Assembly (NCBI GenBank): GCA_947447355.1
Contig: CANFJF010000007.1
Location: 711 to 64,710 of the forward strand
DNA from: Comamonadaceae bacterium
GTDB lineage: Bacteria > Pseudomonadota > Gammaproteobacteria > Burkholderiales > Burkholderiaceae_C
Reading direction: 5' to 3'
DNA length: 64,000 nucleotides
Shown here: positions 8,755 through 19,350 of the stretch, one piece after another
Position numbering within the stretch: position 1 is the first letter of the stretch
Layout of the letters: each line of letters opens with the position of its first letter
Program-made: the position numbers and the translations under genes
Notes under the pieces: model-generated
What the model was told of the DNA's origin: nothing
Seen by the model: only the letters and a program-made list of their open reading frames with translations
The model's database searches: none

Positions 8755-9615
8755 ATGAGCTCAACCTACACCCTCACCTTGTCCTGCCCCGATCGTCCCG
8801 GCATTGTTCACGCCGTCTCGGGCTTTTTATTTGAGCGCGGCGGCAACATTCTGGATGCGGCCCAATACGCCGACGACCGCGACCAGGACGCCACCGGCCT
8901 GTTTTTCATGCGCGTTGGCTTTGCCTGCGCTGACTTGTCTTTTGAAGCCCTCAAAGAAGAATTGGCTGTTTTGGCCGGTGACTTTGAGATGCGCTGGAGC
9001 TTGCACCAAGCCAGCCAGCCCATGCGCACCGTCTTGATGGTCAGCAAGGAAGGGCATTGCCTGAACGACTTGCTGTTCCGCTGGAAGTCGGGCCTGCTGC
9101 GGCTGGACATCCGCGCCATCGTCTCCAACCACAACGAGTTTGAGCAGCTGGCGGCCAGCTACAAGGTGCCGTTTCACCACATCCCGGTGACGGCGGCCAC
9201 CAAGGCTGAGTCCGAAGCGAGGCAGTACGACGTCATTCAGTCTGCAGGCGCAGAGCTGGTCGTGCTGGCGCGTTACATGCAAATTTTGAGCGATGAGATG
9301 TGCCAAAACCTGGCCGGCCGCGCGATCAATATTCACCATTCGTTCTTGCCCAGCTTCAAAGGTGCCAAGCCGTACCACCAGGCGCACGCCCGCGGCGTCA
9401 AATTAATTGGTGCCACGGCGCATTACGTCACCGCAGATCTGGACGAAGGCCCGATCATTGAGCAAGACGTGGCCCGCGTTGAGCACAGCCGAACGGTGGA
9501 AGACCTGACCGCAATAGGCCGCGACACTGAAAGCCAGGTGCTGGCGCGCGCCGTCAAGTGGCACAGCGAACACCGCGTGCTGCTGAACGGCCACAAAACC
9601 GTCATTTTTAAATAA
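8755..9615 (+). CDS. purU: Formyltetrahydrofolate deformylase
   Basis: Track ORF 8674..9615. The likely start is ATG 8755 (MSSTYTLTLSCPDRPGIVHAVSGFLFERGGNI, an ACT domain). The formyltransferase core shows in INIHHSFLPSFKGAKPYHQA and GATAHYVTADLDEGPII. Confidence 0.9.
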   Translation: MSSTYTLTLSCPDRPGIVHAVSGFLFERGGNILDAAQYADDRDQDATGLFFMRVGFACADLSFEALKEELAVLAGDFEMRWSLHQASQPMRTVLMVSKEGHCLNDLLFRWKSGLLRLDIRAIVSNHNEFEQLAASYKVPFHHIPVTAATKAESEARQYDVIQSAGAELVVLARYMQILSDEMCQNLAGRAINIHHSFLPSFKGAKPYHQAHARGVKLIGATAHYVTADLDEGPIIEQDVARVEHSRTVEDLTAIGRDTESQVLARAVKWHSEHRVLLNGHKTVIFK

Positions 9616-10807
9616 GACGGCGAAGACCTCGTTGGCGAAACGCCATCACCACCAAGGCCAGAACACAAAATGCAGCGCCCGCATAAAACGTGAAGGCGGC
9701 GCCCAGCTCGTCCCACAACAACCCAGCCAAACCGCTGGCCACCAGCATGGCCACGCCACTCATCAGGTTGAAAATGCCGTAGGCGGTTCCGCGCAATTCT
9801 GCAGGCGCAGTGTCGGCCACCATGGTCGCCAACAAACCTTGCGTGATCCCCATGTGGATGCCCCACAACGCGACGCCCAGCAACAACACGCTCCAATGCG
9901 AACTTGACGCGAGAACCAAGTCGGCCGCGATCAGCACCATCAGCCCCAACACCAATAATTTGGTGTGACTCATCCGGTCAGACAGCTGGCCAAAAGGGTA
10001 CGCCGACAGGGCATAAACGATGTTCATCGCCACCATGACCAAGGGCACCAAGGCCATGGCAATGCCGATCTGTTGCGCCCGCAGCACTAAAAAAGCCTCA
10101 CTGAAACGCGCCAAGGTAAAAATGGCACCGATCGCCACGACCCACCAGTAAGGCGCGCTAAGCCGCCTCAGGTTTTGTCGACTGATGGGATTGGTTCTTT
10201 TCGCATCCACATGCCGCGCGGGTTCTTTCACACCCACGATGAGGAGCGCCACCGCCATCAAGCCCGGAATAACCGCAACCCAGAAAACCGCCCGGAAGTC
10301 GTTGGCCCACAAGAGCATCAAGCCGACGGCGATCAAGGGGCCTAAAAACGCGCCTACCGTGTCGAGTGATTGCCGCAGGCCAAAGGCCGCACCCCGCATG
10401 TCAGGCGGCGCGATGTCGGCCACCAAGGCATCTCGCGGCGCACCCCGTATGCCCTTGCCAATGCGGTCCACCAGCCTGGCCGTGACCACCACGCCCACCG
10501 AAGTCCCCACCGCAAACAACGGCTTGGTCAGCGCGCCCAAGGCATATCCGAAGACGGCCAGCCCTTTGCGCTTGCCCAAATAATCGCTCAACGCGCCGGA
10601 GAAAACCTTCACCATCAACGCGGTTGATTCAGCGGCGCCCTCAATCAAGCCGACGGTGAATGCGCTCGCACCTAGCGTGGTGACCATGAACATGGGCAAC
10701 AGGCTGTGCACCATCTCAGATGAAATATCCATCAACAGGCTGACGAACCCAAGCACCCACACACCCTTTGGAATTTGTCGCCATGTGTTGGTCGGGGATG
10801 GTGTCAC
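9608..10807 (-). CDS. MFS transporter
   Basis: 399-aa ORF with about 12 predicted TM segments and MFS-like loop motifs (LSDYLGKRKG, VDRIGKGIRGAPRDA). It overlaps the purU 3' end by 8 nt. Confidence 0.8.
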   Translation of the reverse strand: MTPSPTNTWRQIPKGVWVLGFVSLLMDISSEMVHSLLPMFMVTTLGASAFTVGLIEGAAESTALMVKVFSGALSDYLGKRKGLAVFGYALGALTKPLFAVGTSVGVVVTARLVDRIGKGIRGAPRDALVADIAPPDMRGAAFGLRQSLDTVGAFLGPLIAVGLMLLWANDFRAVFWVAVIPGLMAVALLIVGVKEPARHVDAKRTNPISRQNLRRLSAPYWWVVAIGAIFTLARFSEAFLVLRAQQIGIAMALVPLVMVAMNIVYALSAYPFGQLSDRMSHTKLLVLGLMVLIAADLVLASSSHWSVLLLGVALWGIHMGITQGLLATMVADTAPAELRGTAYGIFNLMSGVAMLVASGLAGLLWDELGAAFTFYAGAAFCVLALVVMAFRQRGLRRLI

Positions 10808-10990
10808 GATCGATCCTTGAAAGTTGGATGAATTTTAAAAGGCCGAAGCGACGTCCCGCTTTAGTCGTCAAATTGAGGGCTAAAAGCCATCGAGTGCCAA
10901 CTAGCGAGAAATTTATCAGCGTGTAGTTCGCCCTGTTTCTCCGTGAGAACCGCATGATCTCGCTCAATCGACTAACCTAGTACAAATATT

Positions 10991-13345
10991 ATGAATACCA
11001 TCCAACACTCCAACACTGTCTTACGGCGCGAAGACGACAGACTGATCACTGGGCAAGGTGCCTATACCGATGACTTTGACCACCCCGGCGCCTTGTACGC
11101 GGTCTTCGTCCGTTCCCCTTATGCCTGTGGGACGATCCGGTCAATCGACACCTCGGCAGCGCTGGCCATGCCGGGCGTTGCCGCCGTACTGACTGGTGCG
11201 GACATGGTCGCCAGCGGCTTCAATTCCTGTCCTGTGCCCTACCGGCAGCCGCAGGGCGATGGCAGCTTCGCGCCAGAAACACCGCGTCCTTACTTGGCGA
11301 TCGATCAAGTTCGGTTTGCGGGTGAACCGGTGGCGATGGTCTTGGCTGATTCCGAAATGGCCGCCACGGACGCAGCCGAACGCGTGGTCATGAACCTCGA
11401 AGAACACGATGCCGTCGTTGAAGTCGATACCGCGATTGAGAGCGCGGCGCCACAGGTCTGGGCCGATCGACCGGGCAACGTGGCGTATCACTGGAAAGCC
11501 GGTGATGCAGATCGGGTCGATGCCGCGCTGAACGCATCGCACAAAGTTGTCAGCCTGCGCACGCACGTCAGCCGCGTGGCCGCTATCCCGATGGAGCCGC
11601 GTTCTGCACTGGCTTATGCGGCTGACGACGGACGCTCTGTTTTACGCGTATCGCACCAGAGTCCCCATCAGATGCGCAATGAACTAGCCCGATTGTTCGG
11701 TCTTGACGTTCACGACCTGCGCGTCTTGGTCGGTGATGTCGGTGGTTCCTTCGGGATGAAGTTCGGCCCTCAGCGCGAGGAAGTTCTTGTCTTTTGGGCC
11801 TCCAGGCACTTAGGTCGCGCCGTGCGTTGGACGGCACAGCGCAGCGAATCGTTTTTGGCAGACGAACATGCCCGCGACGTGTTCGTGACCAGCGAGCTTG
11901 GCCTCGATGCTGGCGGGTTGTTCACCGCGCTGCGCGTGCGCTATGACGTCAATGTGGGGGCCTACATGACGCCCCGATCAGTGACGCCGATCATGAATAT
12001 TGGCGGCATCTCTGGCGTCTACACAACGCCGGCTGTCTCTGCGCAAGTGATCGGTATTTTCACAAACACCCAGTCGACAGCCGCCTACCGAGGTGCGGGG
12101 AGACCGGACGCGACCTACGCGATTGAGCGCGTCATCGATGTCGCGGCTTTCGAGTTGGGGATTGACCCGGTTTCTTTGCGTCGTCGCAATTTGATCCCGA
12201 CGACGGCCATGCCGTACAAGACGTCATTCCTTCTCCAATACGACTGCGGAGATTTCGAGCGCAATCTCGACAAGGCGCTGGACGTGGCCGGGTACGCCGG
12301 ATTTCCAGCGCGACGCGAAGAGGCTCGGCTACGGGGACGCCTGCGAGGCATGGGCATCGCGATGCCCATCGAAATGGCGGCAGGCGCCGGCTCCGACTGG
12401 TCCATGGTGCGTGCTCACGGCGATGGATCAGTCACGGTGATCCCTGGTGCCATGTCGGTCGGCCAAGGCCACGAAACGTCACTTTCTAACCTAGTCGCGC
12501 AGCGCCTCGGGTTGCCTCTGTCGATGGTGAAGTATGCGCAGGGCGACACCGACCTGATTGAGAACGGCAAAGGCAATGGCGGCTCTTCCGCACTGGTCAT
12601 GGGCGGTGCGGCATTGGTCAGAACAGTCGACGACTTGATCGGCAAGGCCAAGCAGATGGCGGCTGACGTGCTTGAAGCGGCCGTTGAGGACATCGAATTC
12701 GTTGACGGTGCTTGCCGCATCGTCGGGACTGACCGCGTGGTCAGTTTGGGCGAGCTGGCCCGCGTTGCTGAATTAAACGCTGAGGCTGACGGCGAAACAG
12801 GTGCGCAAGGGCTGTCTGGGTCGGGAGAGTTCACACCCCCTGGTCCGACGTTTCCAAACGGCTGCCATATCTGTGAGGTCGAGATCGACCCTGAGACCGG
12901 ACAGGTGACACCGGTTGCCTATGTGGCGGTCGAAGACATCGGCCGGGTCATGAACCCGGCGATGGTCGAAGGCCAGATTCATGGCGGCGTGGTGCAAGGC
13001 ATGGGTCAGGCCCTGCTGGAAGAGATCCGTTACGACCCGACGGGGCAGTTGGTGACGGGCTCCTTCATGGACTATGCGCTGCCTCGGGCTGCTGACATGC
13101 CGCACATTGTCAGCGTGTACCTGGAAACGCTAACAAAGCTGAACCCTTTGGGCGTCAAAGGCGTAGGCGAATCAGGGACCGTTGGCGCTTTGAGCGCGAC
13201 CATCAATGCAGTCTGCAACGCGCTTCAGGTAGCCGGCATCCGCCACCTTGACATGCCCGCTACCCCGATGCGTGTCTGGCAGGCACTGCATGACGCAGGG
13301 TGTAGCCGCCAACACGTGAATGCCCAAGATGGAACACGGACATGA
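10991..13345 (+). CDS. Xanthine dehydrogenase/CO-dehydrogenase family molybdopterin-binding large subunit (form-II CoxL-like)
   Basis: 784-aa ORF. The N-terminal a/b-hammerhead-type sequence reads RREDDRLITGQGAYTDD. The AYRGAGR signature lies at 12083-12103, with GGSFGMK and a C-terminal GVGESGTVGA. Confidence 0.85.
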   Translation: MNTIQHSNTVLRREDDRLITGQGAYTDDFDHPGALYAVFVRSPYACGTIRSIDTSAALAMPGVAAVLTGADMVASGFNSCPVPYRQPQGDGSFAPETPRPYLAIDQVRFAGEPVAMVLADSEMAATDAAERVVMNLEEHDAVVEVDTAIESAAPQVWADRPGNVAYHWKAGDADRVDAALNASHKVVSLRTHVSRVAAIPMEPRSALAYAADDGRSVLRVSHQSPHQMRNELARLFGLDVHDLRVLVGDVGGSFGMKFGPQREEVLVFWASRHLGRAVRWTAQRSESFLADEHARDVFVTSELGLDAGGLFTALRVRYDVNVGAYMTPRSVTPIMNIGGISGVYTTPAVSAQVIGIFTNTQSTAAYRGAGRPDATYAIERVIDVAAFELGIDPVSLRRRNLIPTTAMPYKTSFLLQYDCGDFERNLDKALDVAGYAGFPARREEARLRGRLRGMGIAMPIEMAAGAGSDWSMVRAHGDGSVTVIPGAMSVGQGHETSLSNLVAQRLGLPLSMVKYAQGDTDLIENGKGNGGSSALVMGGAALVRTVDDLIGKAKQMAADVLEAAVEDIEFVDGACRIVGTDRVVSLGELARVAELNAEADGETGAQGLSGSGEFTPPGPTFPNGCHICEVEIDPETGQVTPVAYVAVEDIGRVMNPAMVEGQIHGGVVQGMGQALLEEIRYDPTGQLVTGSFMDYALPRAADMPHIVSVYLETLTKLNPLGVKGVGESGTVGALSATINAVCNALQVAGIRHLDMPATPMRVWQALHDAGCSRQHVNAQDGTRT

Positions 13346-13415
13346 TGAGCAAATAGACGTCCATCCATTGACGTCCTTAAACTCTGCGCATTCAACACTT
13401 CTCAGGGCAACCAGC

Positions 13416-14291
13416 ATGCGTGATTTCATTCTTGGCGGGCAATTTACATTTCCCGGTACGTCGATGAAAGTTCAAAGGATGGGTTACGGTGCAATGCAGT
13501 TAGCCGGACCAGGCGTGTGGGGGCCACCCAAGGATCCGATGAGCGCCGAAGTCGTTCTTCGTGCGGCCATGGAAGCCGGTATCAACCATATCGACACCTC
13601 AGATTTTTACGGTCCCCATCTCACCAACCAAACCATTCGGCAGGCTTTGCATCCCTAGCGCCAGGGATTGGTCATCGCCACCAAGTTGGGGGCCCGTCGG
13701 CCGCCGGACAAGTCATGGCAACGGGCCAATTTGCCAGAAGAACTCACCGCTGGCGTTCATGACAACCTGCGTAACCTGGGCGTGGACGCGCTGGATATTG
13801 TCAATTACCGGGTTGTCGGCGACGGCCACGGGACGCAGGAGGGCAGTGTCTCAGAACAAGTCATGGTGCTGGCTGATCTCAAGCGCAAGGGGCTGATACG
13901 GCACATAGGACTGAGCAACGTCACCGCCACCCAAATAGCTGAAGCGCAAAAAATCACCGACATTGTCTGCGTCCAAAACCTCTACAACCTTGTCAATCGC
14001 CAGGATGATTTGCTGATTGACGATTTAGCGCGCCAAAACATAGCTTACGTTCCGTTCTTCCCACTGGGTGGCTTCACGCCTCTACAGTCCTCCACTTTGT
14101 CAGATGTCGCAGAACGTTTAGGGACGACTCCCATGCAAGTTGCCTTGGCTTGGTTGCACCAACGTTCACCCAACATTCTCTTGATTCCTGGAACTTCATC
14201 GCTCACCCACTTGCGCGAGAACTTGGCATCGTTGAATCTGACGCTATCACCGGAAGCACTTGTGGCGTTGAACAGCATTGCCACCTCCTGA
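13416..14291 (+). pseudogene. Aldo/keto reductase interrupted by an in-frame TAG (13656-13658)
   Basis: Track ORFs 13320..13658 and 13668..14291 share one frame. The joined product reads ...IRQALHP*RQGLVIATKLGARR..., where intact AKRs of this type have HPY. Both halves are AKR-like (GYGAMQLAG, GLSNVT, LIPGTSSLTHLREN). Confidence 0.75.
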
Positions 14292-14328
14292 AAAAGCGGG
14301 TCGTGAGAATATTAAAAGAGTCAACACA

Positions 14329-15315
<987 letters not shown>

Positions 15316-15395
15316 CACGCTGCCGCAGAGCAACCTGGTTTCATTTCTAAGCCGTCGCTACGATCAACCTCCGTCCGAGAACACACAAGGAAGTC

Positions 15396-15794
15396 ATGCT
15401 CGATCACATTTTCATCACAGTTAACAACGTCGATCAATCCATCTCTTTTTACCAGCAGGCATTGGCACCGCTCGGCATTCGCCATGTCCTTGACTATGAC
15501 GGTGCTGATGGCCCGGAGGGGCATCCTGATTTGAAGGGTTTTGGTCGTGATGGTCGGGTGTCTTTCTGGCTGCGGCAGGGCCGCTCAAGCGCAAGTTCCG
15601 CGCATGTCGGCTTTGTTGCCAAGAGCGTGGCCGTGGTCAATGCTTTTTACGCGGCGGCCATGGCCGCAGGGGCGATAGACAACGGTGCCCCCGGCGCTCG
15701 TCTGCACTATGACCCGCGCTACTACGCGGCCAATATCTTTGATCCCGATGGCTACAGCATCGAGGCGGTGTACAAGAGCTGGCAACATCCATAA
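15396..15794 (+). CDS. VOC (glyoxalase) family protein
   Basis: 132-aa ORF. MLDHIFITVNNVDQSISFYQQALAPLG and FDPDGYSIEAV are typical of the family. Confidence 0.75.
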   Translation: MLDHIFITVNNVDQSISFYQQALAPLGIRHVLDYDGADGPEGHPDLKGFGRDGRVSFWLRQGRSSASSAHVGFVAKSVAVVNAFYAAAMAAGAIDNGAPGARLHYDPRYYAANIFDPDGYSIEAVYKSWQHP

Positions 15795-15804
15795 GTGACC
15801 CAAC

Positions 15805-16626
15805 ATGAAACTTCTATTACTGACAGCGATGGCCGCAGCGACGCTGCTCGGCTGCGCCGCGCCGGCTGAAATGACAGCATCCGCTGAATCCATGAAAGAT
15901 CACTTGCCGGTCTTTGCGGCAGGCAGCTTGCGTGAAGCGATGACGGACATTGCGCGCGACTATGAAACACGCACCGGCCAAAAGATCGCGCTGACCTTCG
16001 GCGCATCAGGCTTGCTGCGTGAGCAGATTGAAAAAGACGACGCTGCGCAGGTCTTCGCCTCGGCTGACATTCAGCATCCACAACGCTTGGCCAATGCGGG
16101 TGCTTGGGGTGCGCCCGCGGTGTTCGTGCGCAACAGTTTGTGCGCCCTGACGCAGGCCAACCTGAAGACTGCACCGGCCACCTTGCTGGACACCCTGCTC
16201 GACCCGACGGTGCGCTTGGGCACCTCGATGCCCAAGGCTGACCCCGCAGGCGACTACGCTTGGGAGTTGTTCCGCAAAGCCGACAGCGTCAAGGCCGGCG
16301 CTTACGCCACGCTGGACGCCAAGGCATTGAAGCTCACCGGCGGTGCCGACTCGCCCAAGGCGCCTGCCGGCCGCGGCACTTATGCCTGGGTGATGGACAA
16401 CAACCAGGCCGATATTTTTCTGACTTACTGCACCAATGCCGTGGCCGCGCAAAAAGAAGTGCCGCGCTTGGCCGTGGTGGCCTTGCCCGCCAATTTGCAG
16501 GTGGGTGCGGCGTATGGCGTGACCGTTAAAAACGGCGCGCACCCGGCAGCGGCAGCGTTCGCCAAAGCACTGCTGGCCACGCCCGCACAGACCACCTTTG
16601 CGCGCTATGGCTTTGGTGCGCCCTGA
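15805..16626 (+). CDS. ModA-like (molybdate/tungstate-type) periplasmic substrate-binding lipoprotein; no cognate permease or ATPase nearby
   Basis: 273-aa ORF with a lipoprotein signal (LLGC). FAAGSLREAM...ALTFGASGLLREQIEKDDAAQVFASAD resembles the ModA family. Confidence 0.6.
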   Translation: MKLLLLTAMAAATLLGCAAPAEMTASAESMKDHLPVFAAGSLREAMTDIARDYETRTGQKIALTFGASGLLREQIEKDDAAQVFASADIQHPQRLANAGAWGAPAVFVRNSLCALTQANLKTAPATLLDTLLDPTVRLGTSMPKADPAGDYAWELFRKADSVKAGAYATLDAKALKLTGGADSPKAPAGRGTYAWVMDNNQADIFLTYCTNAVAAQKEVPRLAVVALPANLQVGAAYGVTVKNGAHPAAAAFAKALLATPAQTTFARYGFGAP

Positions 16627-16710
16627 ATGGCCTAGGGGCGGCATGGTTTAAAGTCCACCTTGCCCCGCCAACAGTCGCTTCCCGACGTGGCTGGTGGCAG
16701 GAGCTTTGAC

Positions 16711-18213
16711 ATGAATGCACCCGTTTTTTCTGAACAGCACGCTTCACTAGAGCGCGCCGAGCGGCAAGCGCAGGTGGTTGCCGCTTTGCAGCAGGTTTTG
16801 CCACAGCATGCGCTGCTATGGAACCGCGAAGACACCACCCCGTATGAATGCGATGGCCTGACCGCTTACCGCCAGCGCCCGCTGGTGGTCGCGTTGCCCG
16901 AAACTTATGCGCAAGTACAAGCGGTGTTGAAGACTTGCCATGCGCTGGACGTGCCCGTGGTGGCGCGCGGAGCCGGCACCGGCTTGTCAGGTGGCGCCAT
17001 GCCGCACAAGCTGGGCGTCACGCTGTCGCTGGCCAAGTTCAACAAGATTTTAAAAATGGACCCGGCCAGCCGGACCGCTGTGGTGCAAGGTGGCGTGCGC
17101 AACTTGGCGATCTCTGAAGCCGCTGCACCTCACAATTTGTATTACGCGCCCGACCCGTCGAGCCAGATCGCCTGCACCATCGGCGGCAACGTCGCCGAAA
17201 ACTCGGGCGGCGTGCACTGCCTGAAGTACGGACTGACGGTGCACAACGTGCTCAAGGTGCGCGGCTTCACGATTGAAGGCGATGAAGTCGAGTTCGGCAG
17301 CGATGCGCTGGACACGCCGGGTTACGACTTGCTCAGCCTCGTCGTCGGCAGCGAAGGCATGTTGGCGGTGACCACCGAAGTCACCGTCAAGCTGGTGCCC
17401 AAGCCGCAATTGGCGCGCTGCATCATGGCCAGCTTTGACGACCTGCGCAAGACCGGCGACGCGGTGGCGGCGGTGATCGCCGCTGGCATCATTCCGGCCG
17501 GGCTGGAGATGATGGACAAGCCGATGACAGCAGCGGTGGAAGACTTTGTGCACGCAGGCTACGACCTCACCGCCGTGGCGATTTTGCTCTGCGAAAGTGA
17601 TGGCACGCCGGAAGAAGTCGAAGAAGAAATTGGCCGCATGATCGAGGTACTGACTCGCTGCGGCGCCACCGCTATTGCGGTCAGCCAAGACGAAGCCGAG
17701 CGCCTGCGCTTTTGGAGCGGCCGCAAAAATGCGTTCCCGGCGTCTGGCCGCATCAGCCCCGACTACATGTGCATGGACTCGACCATTCCGCGCAAGCGCT
17801 TGGCCGATATTTTGTTGGCGATTGCCGAGATGGAAAAGAAATACCAACTGCGCTGCGCCAACGTTTTTCATGCGGGTGACGGCAACTTGCACCCGCTGAT
17901 TTTGTTTGACGCCAACGATGCCGACCAGCTGCACCGCTGCGAATTGTTTGGCGCTGATATTCTGGAAACCAGCGTCGCCATGGGCGGCACGGTCACCGGG
18001 GAACACGGGGTTGGTGTTGAGAAACTCAACAGCATGTGCGTGCAGTTCAGCGCCGCAGAAAACGAGCAAATGTTCGGCGTCAAGCGCGCATTTGATGCGC
18101 GCGGCCTATTGAACCCCGGCAAGGTGATTCCAACGCTGCAACGCTGCGCTGAGTACGGCAAGATGCTGGTGCGCGGCGGCAAGATCGCGCACCCAGATTT
18201 ACCGCGCTTCTAA
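16711..18213 (+). CDS. glcD: Glycolate oxidase FAD-binding subunit GlcD
   Basis: Track ORF 16660..18213. The likely start is ATG 16711 (MNAPVF). It is colinear with my recollection of E. coli GlcD along its whole length: YECDGLTAYR, ARGAGTGLSGGA, APDPSSQIACTIGGNVAENSGGVHCLKYGLTVHN, FHAGDGNLHPLILFDAN, and a C-terminal PDLPRF. Confidence 0.85.
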   Translation: MNAPVFSEQHASLERAERQAQVVAALQQVLPQHALLWNREDTTPYECDGLTAYRQRPLVVALPETYAQVQAVLKTCHALDVPVVARGAGTGLSGGAMPHKLGVTLSLAKFNKILKMDPASRTAVVQGGVRNLAISEAAAPHNLYYAPDPSSQIACTIGGNVAENSGGVHCLKYGLTVHNVLKVRGFTIEGDEVEFGSDALDTPGYDLLSLVVGSEGMLAVTTEVTVKLVPKPQLARCIMASFDDLRKTGDAVAAVIAAGIIPAGLEMMDKPMTAAVEDFVHAGYDLTAVAILLCESDGTPEEVEEEIGRMIEVLTRCGATAIAVSQDEAERLRFWSGRKNAFPASGRISPDYMCMDSTIPRKRLADILLAIAEMEKKYQLRCANVFHAGDGNLHPLILFDANDADQLHRCELFGADILETSVAMGGTVTGEHGVGVEKLNSMCVQFSAAENEQMFGVKRAFDARGLLNPGKVIPTLQRCAEYGKMLVRGGKIAHPDLPRF

Positions 18214-18228
18214 ACAAGAAATAGCCAC

Positions 18229-18585
18229 ATGAACGGACTGCGCGGCCTCGGCTGGCTACTGGTTTTGCAGTCGATGGGCGAGCTGCTGTCACGCGGCTTG
18301 TCGCTGCCTTTGCCCGGCCCGGTGGTCGGCATGATGCTGCTGTTGGTGGCGCTGCGCTGGGCGGTGGTGCGAGAGCCGGTGTCGGCTTGTGCCGATTACC
18401 TGCTGTCACATTTATCGCTGCTGTTTGTGCCGGTCGGCGTCGGCGTCATGACGCATCTGTCCATCGTCAGCGAATACGGTGGTCGCATGTTGCTGGTGCT
18501 GGTGGTCTCGACGCTGGTCGGGCTGGCCGTGACGGCGCTGCTGCTCAACTACCTGTGGCGCCGTGATGAACAGCAAGAACACTGA
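18229..18585 (+). CDS. CidA/LrgA-family small membrane protein
   Basis: 118-aa ORF with four hydrophobic segments. It sits 15 nt after glcD and 11 nt before the LrgB-like gene. Confidence 0.7.
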   Translation: MNGLRGLGWLLVLQSMGELLSRGLSLPLPGPVVGMMLLLVALRWAVVREPVSACADYLLSHLSLLFVPVGVGVMTHLSIVSEYGGRMLLVLVVSTLVGLAVTALLLNYLWRRDEQQEH

Positions 18586-18596
18586 CGCGAACAAGC

Positions 18597-19322
18597 ATGT
18601 CTAATTTCGTGGAACTCTGGGTCTACTTGTCGGCCACACCGCTGTTCGGCCTGACGGCCACGCTGGTGGTTTATTTGTTGGCGCAAGCGGCCTACACGGC
18701 CGTCAACCATGCGCCGTGGGCCAACCCGGTTTTCTGGACGGTGACGGTGATTGCCTCGGGCCTGTTGCTCACCGGCGTGCCCTACCCGACTTACTTCGCT
18801 GGCGCGCAGTTCATTCACTTTTTGTTGGGCCCCGCCGTGGTGGCTTTGGCTTGGCCGCTGTGGCAGCGCCGCGCTGACCTCAAGCGTCGCTGGGGGCGAT
18901 TGCTGTTGGCCGCTTTGGCAGGCGGTGTGGCGGCCAGCGGTTCTGCCTTGGCGCTGGGCTGGGCGGTGGGCTTGCCAAGCGAGGTGTTGTTGTCGCTGGC
19001 ACCCAAGTCGGTCACAGCGCCGGTCGCCATGGGCATAGCCGAGCGCATTGGCGGCATTCCAGCGCTGACCGCCGTGTTTTCGGTGATGACCGGGCTGATC
19101 GGAGCGCTCAGTGGCAAGTACTTGTTTGATGCGCTGAGAATTCCAACTGATGCCGCCGGCTGGACGGCCCGCGGCTTCGCCTTGGGCACCACCTCGCACG
19201 GCATTGGTGCTGCGCGGGCCATGCAGGTTGAAGCTGATGCAGGCGCCTACGCAGCGCTGGCGCTCGGCCTTCAGGTGGTGCTGGCGTCATTGCTGCTACC
19301 GCTGTTGATGCGGCTGCTTTGA
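18597..19322 (+). CDS. LrgB-family membrane protein
   Basis: 241-aa polytopic ORF. PKSVTAPVAMGIAERIGG and TTSHGIGAARA are typical of LrgB/CidB. Confidence 0.75.
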   Translation: MSNFVELWVYLSATPLFGLTATLVVYLLAQAAYTAVNHAPWANPVFWTVTVIASGLLLTGVPYPTYFAGAQFIHFLLGPAVVALAWPLWQRRADLKRRWGRLLLAALAGGVAASGSALALGWAVGLPSEVLLSLAPKSVTAPVAMGIAERIGGIPALTAVFSVMTGLIGALSGKYLFDALRIPTDAAGWTARGFALGTTSHGIGAARAMQVEADAGAYAALALGLQVVLASLLLPLLMRLL

Positions 19323-19350
19323 GGCGCCCCGTCGAGCGCGCTAGCAGCGC

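Noticed and set aside
10808-10990. Possible Moco riboswitch or other leader RNA upstream of the molybdoenzyme gene.
   Set aside because: The AT-richer 183-bp gap shows no convincing match to the Moco motif as I remember it, and no strong conserved-looking helices. It is most simply a divergent promoter region. An Infernal scan could check this.
17050-18069. Long antisense ORFs: 339 aa opposite glcD, and similar cases at 2266-3246, 16006-16644, 30704-31654, 33030-34052 and 53295-54137.
   Set aside because: They lie entirely opposite ORFs with strong family signatures. Their products are Arg/Ala/Gly/His-rich low-complexity sequences typical of shadow frames in high-GC DNA. None shows a recognisable motif.
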